Shown here: positions 1 to 11,500 of the stretch, piece by piece
How positions within the stretch are numbered: position 1 is the stretch's first letter
Layout of the letters: each line of letters starts with the position of its first letter
Source: Epiperipatus broadwayi
Lineage: Eukaryota; Animalia; Onychophora
Assembly: GCA_028023455.1 (NCBI GenBank)
Contig: JAQFVV010000005.1
Span: forward strand, 8,184,001 to 8,248,000
DNA length: 64,000 nucleotides
Direction of reading: 5' to 3'
Notes under the pieces: generated by a model
The model's input: the letters and a program-made list of their open reading frames with translations, nothing else
Database searches by the model: none
Told to the model about the DNA's origin: nothing
Position numbers and translations under genes: made by a program

Positions 1-18
1 ATGAGATGCAATAATAAG

Positions 19-2178
19 CTAATTGAACAGAAAATTTTCTTCAGTAAATTGTACAAAAATTTCAAGAGTATCCTGATCAGTAAAATGATTTGCTTCATGG
101 ACTTGCAATACATTTTTTTCTGTAGTTTTGTAATCACATAAGTAACACTTGAAAACTTCACTACTAATAGAAATTAAGTTTTCTGTATGTGTTTCGAGTT
201 CATTTAAATGTAAACTGAGGGGTTCATGCTTTATATGTGTACATTTTTTATCACTTATAAAAATATTTTGAGAGACTGTGTTGGAATCACACAGTAAGCA
301 GTGGAAAGACTGATCTTCCATATGACTTTTTTCATGTATTCTTAATTGCTTTTTTTTATTAGTCCTATAATCACATATATAACATGTGAATTTTTTTTTT
401 TTCATATGACTTTTTAAATGCGAATTTAGAAAGCATTTTACAGCAGTCTTATAATCACAAAAGCTGCAGTGGAAACGTTTTTCTCCAGTATGTTGATTTT
501 TTTCATGTAGATTTAAATGACCTTTACTAGCACACCTGTAATTGCAAAATCTACATTGAAAAGGTTTTTCACCTGTATGAGTTTTTTCATGTTGCTTTAG
601 ATAACTTTTTGCAATACACTTATAATCACATAAAGTACAAAAGAAAGGTTTTTCACCTGTGTGCTTACTTTCATGTCTTTTTAAGTGATATTTTTGAACA
701 GCACTATAATTACAAAAATGGCATTGGAAAGGTTTTTCTTCAGAATGAATTGTTTCATGTATTTTCAGATTACCTTTTGTAGTAGCTTTGTAATCACAAA
801 AAATGCATTGGAATGCTTTTTCTACTGAATGAGACATTTGATGTGATTTTATGCAACTTTTTGCAGAAGACTTGTAATCACAAAAGTTGCATTGGAAACA
901 TTTACCACCCGTACAATGCTTTTTTTCATGAATTTTTAGATAACTTTTTGCAGCACACCTGTAATCACAAAAACTGCATTGAAAAGGTTTTTCACCTGTA
1001 TGAGTTTTTTCATGTTCTTTTAGAGAACCTTTTGAAACAGATTTATAATCGCACAAATGACAAGAAAAAGGTTTTTCACCAGTATGACTTCTCTCATGTA
1101 TTATTAATTGACCTTTTTGAACTGCACTGTAATCACAAAATCTGCATTGAAAAGGCCTTCTTCCTGCATGAGTTTTTTCATGAATTTTTAAATAAGTTTT
1201 TTCAGCAGTTTTGTAATCACACAAACTACAACAGAAAGGTTTCTCTGCTATATGAGATTTTTCATGTAATTGAAGGCACTTTTTTGTAGCAGACCTGTAG
1301 CTACATGAACTACATTTAAAATGTTTTTGTCCTGTATGAAGTGGTTCGTGTATTTTTAAAGACATTCTTCTAGCTGTTCTGTAATCACAGAAATTGCATT
1401 TAAATGGTTTTTCTCCTGAATGAGTTATTTCGTGTGATTTTACACAACTTTTTACATCAGATTTATAATCACAAAAACTGCACTGGAATGTTTTTAACCT
1501 TATTTGATGAGTTTTTTCGTGCACTTTTAAACCACTTTTTAAAACACATTTGTAATCACAAACATTGCATTGGAAAGGTTTTTCCCCTCTATGTTTTTTT
1601 TCATGTATTTGAAGTGTATTTTTTGCAACAGTTTTATAATCACATATACTACAACAAAAAGGTTTTTCACCAGTATGATTTCTTTCATGGATTATTAATA
1701 GGCCTTTTTGAGAAGCACTGTAATCACACAAATTACATTTGAAAGGTTTTTCTCCTGTATGTATTCTTTCATGAGATTTTATACTGCTTTTTACAGTAGC
1801 TTTATGATCACAATACCTACAAGAGAAAGGTTTTTCACCTTTGTGATTTCTTTCATGTACTATTACATGATTTTTATGAGCAGATTTGTAATCACAAAAG
1901 CTACACTGGAAGTGCTTTTCTCCTGTGTGACGTTTTTGGTGTATTTTTAAGTTACCTTTCGTACGAGCTTTATAATCACACAAATCACAATAGAATGATT
2001 TCTCTATATTATGATTTGTTTTATACATTTTCAAATTTTTATTATTGATCTTGTAATCAAAAATGTGTTTTAATGGTTCTTTTTCTGTGTGACATCTTTC
2101 ATGCAGTTTTACACAACTTTTTACAGATTTGTAATCACACAAACTGCACTGAAAATAGTTTTCTCGTAATTTTTTCAT
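19..2178 (-). CDS. Tandem C2H2 (Kruppel-type) zinc-finger protein, 719 aa, about 22 fingers; may be the last exon of a longer gene
   Basis: Uninterrupted ORF with repeated C-x2-C-(DYK)-x9-H-x3-H units joined by TGEKPF-type linkers every 28 aa; no KRAB/ZAD/BTB domain visible in the ORF. Confidence 0.9.
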   Translation of the reverse strand: MKKLRENYFQCSLCDYKSVKSCVKLHERCHTEKEPLKHIFDYKINNKNLKMYKTNHNIEKSFYCDLCDYKARTKGNLKIHQKRHTGEKHFQCSFCDYKSAHKNHVIVHERNHKGEKPFSCRYCDHKATVKSSIKSHERIHTGEKPFKCNLCDYSASQKGLLIIHERNHTGEKPFCCSICDYKTVAKNTLQIHEKKHRGEKPFQCNVCDYKCVLKSGLKVHEKTHQIRLKTFQCSFCDYKSDVKSCVKSHEITHSGEKPFKCNFCDYRTARRMSLKIHEPLHTGQKHFKCSSCSYRSATKKCLQLHEKSHIAEKPFCCSLCDYKTAEKTYLKIHEKTHAGRRPFQCRFCDYSAVQKGQLIIHERSHTGEKPFSCHLCDYKSVSKGSLKEHEKTHTGEKPFQCSFCDYRCAAKSYLKIHEKKHCTGGKCFQCNFCDYKSSAKSCIKSHQMSHSVEKAFQCIFCDYKATTKGNLKIHETIHSEEKPFQCHFCNYSAVQKYHLKRHESKHTGEKPFFCTLCDYKCIAKSYLKQHEKTHTGEKPFQCRFCNYRCASKGHLNLHEKNQHTGEKRFHCSFCDYKTAVKCFLNSHLKSHMKKKKFTCYICDYRTNKKKQLRIHEKSHMEDQSFHCLLCDSNTVSQNIFISDKKCTHIKHEPLSLHLNELETHTENLISISSEVFKCYLCDYKTTEKNVLQVHEANHFTDQDTLEIFVQFTEENFLFN

Positions 2179-2750
2179 TTTTTTAAAATGACATTTTTTA
2201 GAAGACTCAGCACATAAAATAAATATACAAAGTTCCCCCCCCCTCTATATTATGCTTTTTATGTAAATTTGCAGAAAGCTTATAATTCCAAAAATAATAA
2301 GTATAGATTTTTACTATTTGATAAGCTTTATTTCTTGTGCAATGTTTTTACAGTATTTTTTTATATCAAACTCATAATCTTGTAATAACATAAAATTGTA
2401 AAAAAATTCTCTTGATTGATTGTTTTTAGACATTATTATAAGATTTCTAATCATAAGGTTAGATCATCAATTTCAATTTTTTTTGTAATCAGTCTTATAG
2501 TTAATTAAATTACAAAAGATTTCTTTGGGAAAAAAGCAAGGTTTGCATTTTTTTTGTCTGTTAAAATAACTTTGACAACTGCTTTGCAATGACAAATAAC
2601 TGTTTGGTAATAGTTTTTATGCACTTTTTTCTTTTATTTAACACAATCTTGCAATCATATAAACTTCTTTAACAATATTTTTATTATATTTGTGCATTTT
2701 AATCTACTTTCTGCAACAATCATAGAATAAAACACTTTGTAATTAAATGG
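2179..2750 (-). pseudogene. Eroded zinc-finger-like sequence 5' of the ZNF ORF
   Basis: Minus-strand remnants such as YFWNYKLSANLHKKHNIE and CIFILCAESSKKCHFKK, plus CYYK/TDYK/YDCK codon motifs, broken by frameshifts and stops; the paralogous region near 45370 reads KCNLYDYK. Confidence 0.45.
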
Positions 2751-5700
2751 TAAACACTATTTTATATTCTGGTATACTTGCATTGCATTGAACATTATTT
2801 TTTCATTAAAGTTGTTTCATCAAATTCTTGAGTCATTTTAAAATAACATAATGGGTTTCTTTCCTATTTACTTTTTATCCATTAATAAACAATTCAAAAG
2901 TTGGCTTGCATTCTCATACGCTAAAACCAATTCTATACAAAATGTATTATATTACTCAAATATTTTACATGGCTTCTAGTTTAGTATTGTTATAGAATAG
3001 AGGATTCTGGAATTTAAAATGCATGAATCATGATGCCATTTTTGTTTGTTCCAGGTTTAAACTTTTTGTGAACTCACAAGCAATAAACTATTTGATTATT
3101 ATTTTTATCACAGTTGCATATTGGTATTGCACTTTTATGAAATCTTATAAGTTGTTCAATTATTTTCAGAAAAATGACAAATTTTATAATATGTTTTATA
3201 TATAATAGAATTTTGCTACTCTATAAGTAAAGTTTTATAAGCTGTCTTATATACTGGTCTTAAATATGTGTTTTGCATCATCTTTCATTTATCTTTCAAT
3301 TATGAGTTGAAAGTGCCAATTATAAAAAAAAAAATATTTTTTAACATTTCTAAAACAACCTCTGATTCACAGTAATCATGAAATAAAATTCATAATAAGA
3401 AGATAAGTGTTTATTTTGTAAATAATTTTCACATCATGGATAAGTAATATTACAACTTTAAAGAAATAAAAATTCATTTTCTAAAGATTTTTTAATTTAA
3501 TGAATATCTGTGACACAACAAACAAAAATAAACATCACACATCTTTAATTAAATGAAGCTTTGAATAACTGTGGCAGTGAAATAATGTCTTATTAGAAAT
3601 TATTTTTAAAAATGTTGCATGTTGGTATATTCCAGTCAGCAACCATTATCAAGTTAAATCAGAAAAAATCATCCAATTTATTATTAGACTGTAGGCATGT
3701 TTCGCTTCAGAATAGTATACAATAAGAAACTGAGACCAAACAATAATACCTGATCATCAATAGCTTGAATTTTGAAACTGCTTGCCAATTTCTTAACCCT
3801 CTCAATCAGCAATTCAATATTTAAAGTTGCTTCAAAATTGTAAAGTGGTTTTCACCATTAAGGTAAAATCTAGCATGTAACACAGTTCTGAGTTTTCATG
3901 CTAAATTTCAATATATCCTCCATGAATTATCCATTCCTACACTTAGTTTCTTCACATTTTCATAAAGACTCTTTACATCTTCATAATTAATCATGTGGAC
4001 ACAAAATATAGTTTATATCCATTATACTTTTTCAAATGTCAATGAAAACAAAAAAGATTACATGAGAAATAACATTAGGGAGCAGTTTTTATTAAGTGAC
4101 AATAAATAATAATCATCTATAGATTAATAAATCACATAAGTAACATAATTGGTAGATTTTTTCTTGAAAGATTATGTAACACTCAAACCCCAGAAAGTGA
4201 CAGGGTTAAATTGTTATCCAAGTAACACATAAGAAAACTTAATAATTCAATGGGTTACATTTATAACTCAATGCCAGCCAAACTGGGAAGCAGTTTTTTT
4301 ATAAATCTCATCATAATGATCCATGGTACTTGAATTTTGTTTTCATAAGAAGTTCTTCAGATGCTACTTATTACTCACCTACAAAACAAAAAGAAATAAC
4401 GAATATATAAAACAATTTTTACAATATTTTTGCTCTAAATTTAATTAAAAATATTATTCATTAATCTGATTTTGAAAAACTAAAAATACACTTTTTTCAA
4501 AAACTGTAAAGATCAGTAAATAAAAATTTAAATTTTAGATATATTTTAACAATTGCATCAGATTCAATCATTTAAATACTATAAAGCTTAAAGAACACAT
4601 TTGCTTAATAATGAAACTGTCTTAATCAAAATGTGAATCAGGAGTAGTCATCCTTACTTTAATCTAGAACAATCCACTTGAACAAATCAGACAATTCTAG
4701 ATGATCATGCTATCATATCACAAACCTGTTCCAAGTTTATGGCTTTTATAAACAAAGACTTTGGTTTCAAAAACCACAATTAATACATGTATGCATCCAG
4801 AAGCTATCTTTAAAGCTTCAATACTATCAAACCAAAAAACTGAAATTTAAAAAATTCTAATGCTTTTAATACAAATTAACTTATATGTAAGTAAACCAAT
4901 AAAGTTATCTTTTGTTGGTGTTAAATGATGAAACCCAGACATAGAGAATCATATATAAGAAATAAACTTATCAATTTTTAATTCAATAGATACAGACATA
5001 GCAACCAGGAACTAGGAATTATCACCATGATGTACACAATGTAGTCAAATTTGTGACTCCAAAATTTACCTGATTCCATAACTATGCAACATTTAGAGCA
5101 TTTAATGGGACATATATTAATAGTGAAGAATCTAAGATTGAATAAACCATAGTAGAATCTGGATCCCATTTAAGGTTAATATCTGGGGAATGTGTAGTAT
5201 TATAGTGTTCTGCTAAAAAGTAGATTCATGGATTCTGTATAGAAAATGTAACTACAAATTTTTATTTTCATACCTTTAAGCCATTAACATGTCAATAACC
5301 TATCAAGATGACCAAATATTGCAATCAAAAGCTTACCAAATGATTCCAGATACAGTAAAATACTCTATTATCAGTACCAAACAGATACCCTCTAAAGACT
5401 GCTGGGTGTGTAGATATAACATTTGCCTTACTTCACTATGTGGGCAATTTGATTTGAGATGTTGTTGAGAACATTATTACCTGACATACTTTCTGTACTA
5501 TAAAAAAGTAATTGTGCAAGCTGGCATATGCCTAGCTACACTGAATACTATAATGATTACAAATATTTTTCTTGCTTTTGTTACATCCTGGAAAAGCTTA
5601 TTATCATTAACACAGTTATTTTAATAAGATTTTTAAGGTATATTTGCTTCTAGGATATATTATAACTACTTATTTTTCTCATATTTTATCTATAAACCTT

Positions 5701-6450
5701 TAATTATTTCTTCACACTTTTACTAACTGTACACATTTCTGCTTCAAGACATCAATAACATTTACTAAGTCTTTTTTTAAAACTAATTTTAATGGGTCAA
5801 AAAATTATCTCATACTCTTATTTAAAGTGATATAATTAACTTTACATCTTCTGTAGTTATTTGCGATTGACTTCAATTTTGATGACAAAGAAATCATCTG
5901 TTTGCAAATGATGGCTTGTTTGAGAAGTTACTATGTCATTTCCATTTAGGTAAGCCAATTTCAAATCAAATGATGAAGTTTTACAAATATAATAAACTCT
6001 CAATCTCTCATTTTTTAAACATATCTGCCTCTTGTTATGTTTCTTAAATACTTACACCTATTTCTCAAGATTATCATTCACCTTTTTCCTCCTACTTCTT
6101 TTACTTATACCCTTGTACAAATACTTTTTTATAATCTGTGTGCCTTTAAATAACATATCCAATTTAATTTCTCTTCATAAGTTTTTCAATAAATAATTGA
6201 CTTAGATTATATTTGAGCATATCTATTTTTGTAACTTTATCTACTATGATGCCTTTTCTACACTTTTCCAATTACATCTTTACACCATTCAATCCTTTTC
6301 CTTCCCTTTTCTTAATTGACTAAATTTCTGTTTCTTGCCAATGAACATCATTTAATAAATATTTTTCTTAAATCTTAATTTAAATGGGCTGTAGCAGTAT
6401 CTCACATTCTTATTAAAAATTTGTTTAATTTTTAATCTATTTTCTTTATT

Positions 6451-6657
6451 AAACATCACATGATCACCATCTCTTATGCTAGCACATAACTGTTATTAAA
6501 CAGGCAAAACTCTCCATACAGTAGTGCCGCCCCTGTGTCTGAGGATATTGGATGAGTAGGCACTAGATGGGGATTTTATGTACAAGCCTTTTGGCATCCA
6601 TTGATTACTCTGGTTGGAACAGGGTGGCACTACTGTATGGAGAGTTTTGCCTGTTTA
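6451..6657. mobile_element. Fold-back fragment of a hammerhead-bearing (Penelope/retrozyme-like) repeat family
   Basis: Perfect 32-bp inverted repeat taaacaggcaaaactctccatacagtagtgcc at 6497-6528 and 6626-6657; the internal body matches 7990-8110 and 52447-52549. Confidence 0.75.
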
Positions 6658-7655
6658 TTTTCTTTATTGATACTCCCATCATCAGTTAATTACCTTATAA
6701 ATATTTAAAGATGCAATTTGCTTTACAACTTCCAGTCCATTGCTTATTCTTAAACCTTTAATTTCACTCCCTATTTACAGCTATAATTTTGTTTGTATTT
6801 ATTTTCATAGCAATCTTTTGACAAGCTTCATAAAACCCACATAACATTATATTAATATCATCCCTTCCATTTATAAATACCATAATTTCATCAACATACC
6901 TTAATATATTAAACCTATCATCTATATTAAAGCAATAGTTATTTGATAACTATTTGAATATATATTGAAAAATAAGAAATAATCAATTAAATTTCGAAAA
7001 AACACTAATTATACTTGCAATTAGCTTCTATTTAATATATAAATTCTTATCAAAAATGGTAATAAAGAAAATCCATTATACTGTCAAAAATATATATATT
7101 TTAATTATACAGAAAAGATTTTTTCAGCATATAATTTTATGTCCTTTCAATGTTATCTATTTCAACTGTTAATATATTATTGCATAAATAGCTATGTCTA
7201 TTATTTTATAATAGAAAAAATGTTTAATTTCTAACAATTTGGATTGCTATATCATAATTCTGTAATTCTGTTTTGAAATATTTTTTTTTATTCATGTTTT
7301 ATTTTATTTTATCTATTTATTCATGATTTTATTTTTTTCTTTCAATTATAAAATAAAAGATATTTCTATTTATATAATAACATATTAATAAATAATTCTG
7401 TATACTGTAATTATAAATATATATTTTTTGTAATCACTTTTACATATTGGTATTTATATTACTTTATTACAAATTTCTTAATAAGTATATCTTATTTTAA
7501 TTTATGCCTTTCTTTCTCTGAATGTTTTCATAAAATAATCCAATTCAATCTAACAAACGTCTTTTCATTATCAGTAAATCATATACTACTTTCTAATTTC
7601 TTATAATTACATATTTAATCCCTTTATCTTTTACAAACTGAAATGGTTCATCTTG

Positions 7656-8112
7656 ACAGTTAGAAGCAAGCATAAGAAATTGTGATCATGTGATTTATTG
7701 GCTTAAAACCAATCCTGCCTAATAGGGTAGTGGCGGCTATGGTTATTAAAGAACCAAAGACATGAAAATGTATAGGTACTGAACTGATCTCAGACCTGTA
7801 TGACTATATAAGCTAATGAGCTTGGATTGAAAATATTACGTTTTTTTTTTCAAATTTAAGACTCATAGTTTTGTAGTTAAGTAGAGATAAAAGGTTGCTG
7901 CTGAAGGGTTGCATTAGATCCTAAGATCTAGGTGCAATGCTTTCAGATCTTAGGCTCCTCACTGATGAAGGCCACCAGCCGGAAAATAGTCTGGGGATAT
8001 TGGATAAGTAAGCACTTGATGGGGATTTCATGCATAAGCTTTCTGCCATCCATTGATTACTCTAGTTTGCAGTGAGTGTCAATACGTATAGTGAGTTTTT
8101 GCCTGTTTTAAT
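7656..8112 (+). mobile_element. Hammerhead-bearing repeat copy (Penelope pLTR/retrozyme-like)
   Basis: Shares body and tail sequence with 6451-6657, 50408-50516 and 52310-52549; contains the ribozyme motif at 7956-7997. Confidence 0.7.
7956..7997 (+). ncRNA. Minimal type I hammerhead ribozyme motif, stem III partly mutated
   Basis: TCCTCA-CTGATGA-a-GGC-cacca-GCC-g-GAAA-aTAGT-C-TGGGGA: 6-bp stem I, intact CUGAUGA and GAAA, 3-bp stem II, GUC cleavage triplet; C15.2 appears changed to A. Confidence 0.7.
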
Positions 8113-8599
8113 AAAAGAGAATCTACTGATATGTCTCTTGTGATATGAATTACACTACAAATATTTAATTCTCCCAAATACTTGTGACTTCCATCAACTG
8201 GAATCTCATCAATTCCTTGGACTTGGATAATTTTCTATTCCAAAATCTTTACAACTTATCCATGTTTATACAATTTATTTATTTTTTATCTAACAAACTT
8301 TGTTTTCATTGAATATTATATTTTATTATCTCTATTATACAAATTTCTTTTTTCACTTTTTGAATGCACGTTTTTTTATTAATTAATTTTCTACTTGTAT
8401 CTTCAACCATCACTTCATTATGGGACCCTTCTTTCCCATCCAAGTTGTTTTATTCTATATGTTAAATCTTCATTTTCTTATAATTAATGCCTCCATCTCT
8501 ATATCTTTAACGAAATACAAATTTTATACTTTGTTTCTATTCCATCAAGAACCATCTACAATTACAATTTTGAGTTCATATATTGATTTTGAAAGTCTT

Positions 8600-11500
8600 T
8601 GAAAGGTTATGTCTATAAGGTTACTATTTCACGGAGTATTTTTTCCTTAGAAATATATATTAATGAATTCAATAACCTCAATTACTTTCTATCAGCAACT
8701 CAATTCAGACATTTTCTCAGAAGAGTCAGACACGTATATGAAAAAAGGTAATTGCAATTGTAGATTTAGATTCTATGATCCTTCAACATTGCAAGATATA
8801 AGTAAGTCATCTGATTTGACACTACATTTGCTTAAACCTGGGTTCAAATACTATTTGTATAAAATTTTAAAATTTCTTCAGACTATTTTTTTCAAATAGC
8901 CAAGGCTATTATATCTTCTCTACTGGATTAACACACTTTAGAGATATTCTGTAAGTTTCAATGTTTTTCCAATATCTGGTTATTCGATTTCAATTACATT
9001 TCTCAAAATAACTTTTATCTAAATGATAATAAAGTAATATACTTAATTAGCTAAATTTCTACTAACTTTATCTTTAAGAATGAATTACATTGTTCTATTT
9101 TTCTAATTCTCCAGGACATTATCCTTATTCCTGGAATCCTTATACCAGGTAACTTTAACTTTTAAATCTTTTCAAAATTGTAAGCATGTATTAATTAACT
9201 CTTCTTCCTAAATTACATTATCTTTACTTATTTTTACTACATTCATCTAATTTAATCTTTTCTTTAAATCATACTTCTTTTAAAGTGCACTTTTTCTTTC
9301 TCTTTGATTTTTACTTTCTTTTTGTCTTCATTTTCTAATTTAATGCTATCAGATTTACTTCTATAAATAATACATTTTAAAATTTCATATTTGTCCCCAT
9401 CTCTATTATTTATATACTTCATTACACTTTTTTTTTTGTATAATTCCATTCATTATTTATTTAACTATTGTTATTTTCTAATTACATTTTCCATTTCTTT
9501 TCTCTGCTGTCAGATGTTCCTTTACAACCTTTTAAAAATTTTTCTTACACAATATTCAAACTATATTTCATAAAATTCATATTGCACCATTAAATCATAA
9601 TTTCAAATAATAATAATTTCTAATTCATTTTTCAATGCTCTATAATTTCTTTAAAATTTCATTTTATTAATTGTATCCCAGTGATGATTTTTAGATAATA
9701 ATCATTTTATGATTAATTAGACATATGGTGTAATATAAAATGACTTCTTAAACAGTCAGAAGTTTCTACGAATAGATTATATGCCCAAAAACCTTGTAAA
9801 ATATTTTCACTCTTTGAAAACATTATATAAAACAAAAAAACTTATCTACTTCAATTTTATTATTATCCTCTTTTATTTTACAATGACCAATCCTTTCAGC
9901 ACTGTTGCCCTTTTTCCATTTCATGTAAATCAAAACTGTTTCATTAATTCCAATATTATGTCCTTATATTCATTGTACTTGTCACTTACCATCTATACAA
10001 AAACAACACAATTTCTAACACTTTTTCTCACTTTGATTTTGTGTTTCTTCCATTGCTATTACCATTTTTCTGAATGTTTCTTAATATGTTATATCCTTCT
10101 TCCACATGTTTAGCACTCACCTTCTCATCTCCACATAAATTACAATTACAATCCCAAATACTGATCACATTTATTGTCTTCTTTCTTTGGTATCCAAAGT
10201 CTTTATCTTTGCACAAAATAACTATAAACTCCCTCTCACGATGTTATGTCATTTCATATTTCGTTTATTTTTATTCCTATATAAATTTAAATTATCTCTT
10301 TTATTTATATTCATTTTCCATATCTCATATTTTTCTTCTCATCTTTCAAAATTATGCAGCCAAAATACATTTTTAAATAAATTTGATATATTGTAGCCCC
10401 TTTATAGCCCAACATGATCTATTGGCACTAAACATTATTTTTATAATTTTTTTTTCTCATTTATATACTATAGTCCTCTAAACATTTGCAATTTGCTGTT
10501 AATTTTATTAATAAAAAAAAAAATCTCCATTTACATTTTAATTCTATTTAAAAATGTAAATCCTCTAACCAATACAAAGTGCATTTTCAAATGTTAAAGC
10601 AAATAACATCCCTTTCCAAATTATTTTACATACCTCATATTTATTATATGAAAAACAACAGATTTTTGATCAATCCTATTCAATTTTTTGTTTTCATTCC
10701 CCTCAGTTCTAATTCTCAATAGATCCTTCAAGACAAATAACCCCCATTTTTCAATTAACAATTTTATTTATACCATTAATTATTATTTTAGATTTTTCTT
10801 CAATGAATTTAATTTTCATATTTCTTTCTAATTTCTTTAATAACAGCTCCATATTTACTATATATTTGCATAAAAAGAGAGAAAATCATATTACAGTCTC
10901 CTGGTTACTATTATGAAAATTTCCATCCCAATATTTTTATTTCAATCTTCAATTTTTGAAGAAACAAGATAAACAATGATAATTATATTTCAATTTCATG
11001 TGACATTTAATTTCCACTAACTCTGTATTACCCTATTTAGTGTTTATATAAATTATCTCTGAAATGACTTTTAATTTCTCTTAGAAATCCCAAATCTAGT
11101 CTCATATTTTTAAGATTACTACACAATGTATTTTAATCCACTATATCACAAGCCTTTTCTATATTTAAAAATAGTGTAACTGTTTTTTTTTTCCTATAAA
11201 ACATTTCAATCAAATGAAAAACAATAAAGAAATTATCCTTATTAGTCTCCTTAAATGATTTTTATTACCCAAATTCTAACCTTATCTACTTATAAATTAA
11301 ATAATCAATCTAAATAAGATTGAAATAAACAACTATTGATAATTATATTTTAATATTTGTTATTTAGATTGATTAATTAATTTATATATTTGTTACAACA
11401 TTGTGGACAAATAAAAAATTATATTGGATATTTGAATAACATTATAGTTATTATTTACTTACATATTCCATTACATTTAGATAATAATTTTCACATTCTT

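Larger units (their letters stand above)
5700..8600 (-). mobile_element. Old degenerate non-LTR retrotransposon (RT) remnant
   Basis: Minus-strand translation at about 6775-6900 gives RYVDEIMVFINGRDDINIMLCGFYEACQKIAMKINTNK (RT YxDD-like region); strong T/C skew on the + strand like the LINE family at 54-62 kb; boundaries approximate. Confidence 0.55.

Noticed and set aside
813-1950. Plus-strand ORFs 813-1289, 1404-1742 and 1708-1950 with repeating CNHK motifs (also 44172-44375 and 44444-44731)
   Set aside because: Antisense shadows of the periodic zinc-finger codons; no independent evidence.
1-2178. 84-bp periodic repeats that could be mistaken for a CRISPR-like array
   Set aside because: The period is the 28-aa finger unit; there are no unique spacers or cas genes, and the context is eukaryotic.
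6660-6700. CTGATGA...GAAA on the minus strand next to the fold-back element
   Set aside because: No stem II or stem I pairing; chance match.
8420-10396. Many 60-110 aa hydrophobic or Lys-rich ORFs
   Set aside because: Low-complexity products of strand-skewed LINE debris; no domain signal.
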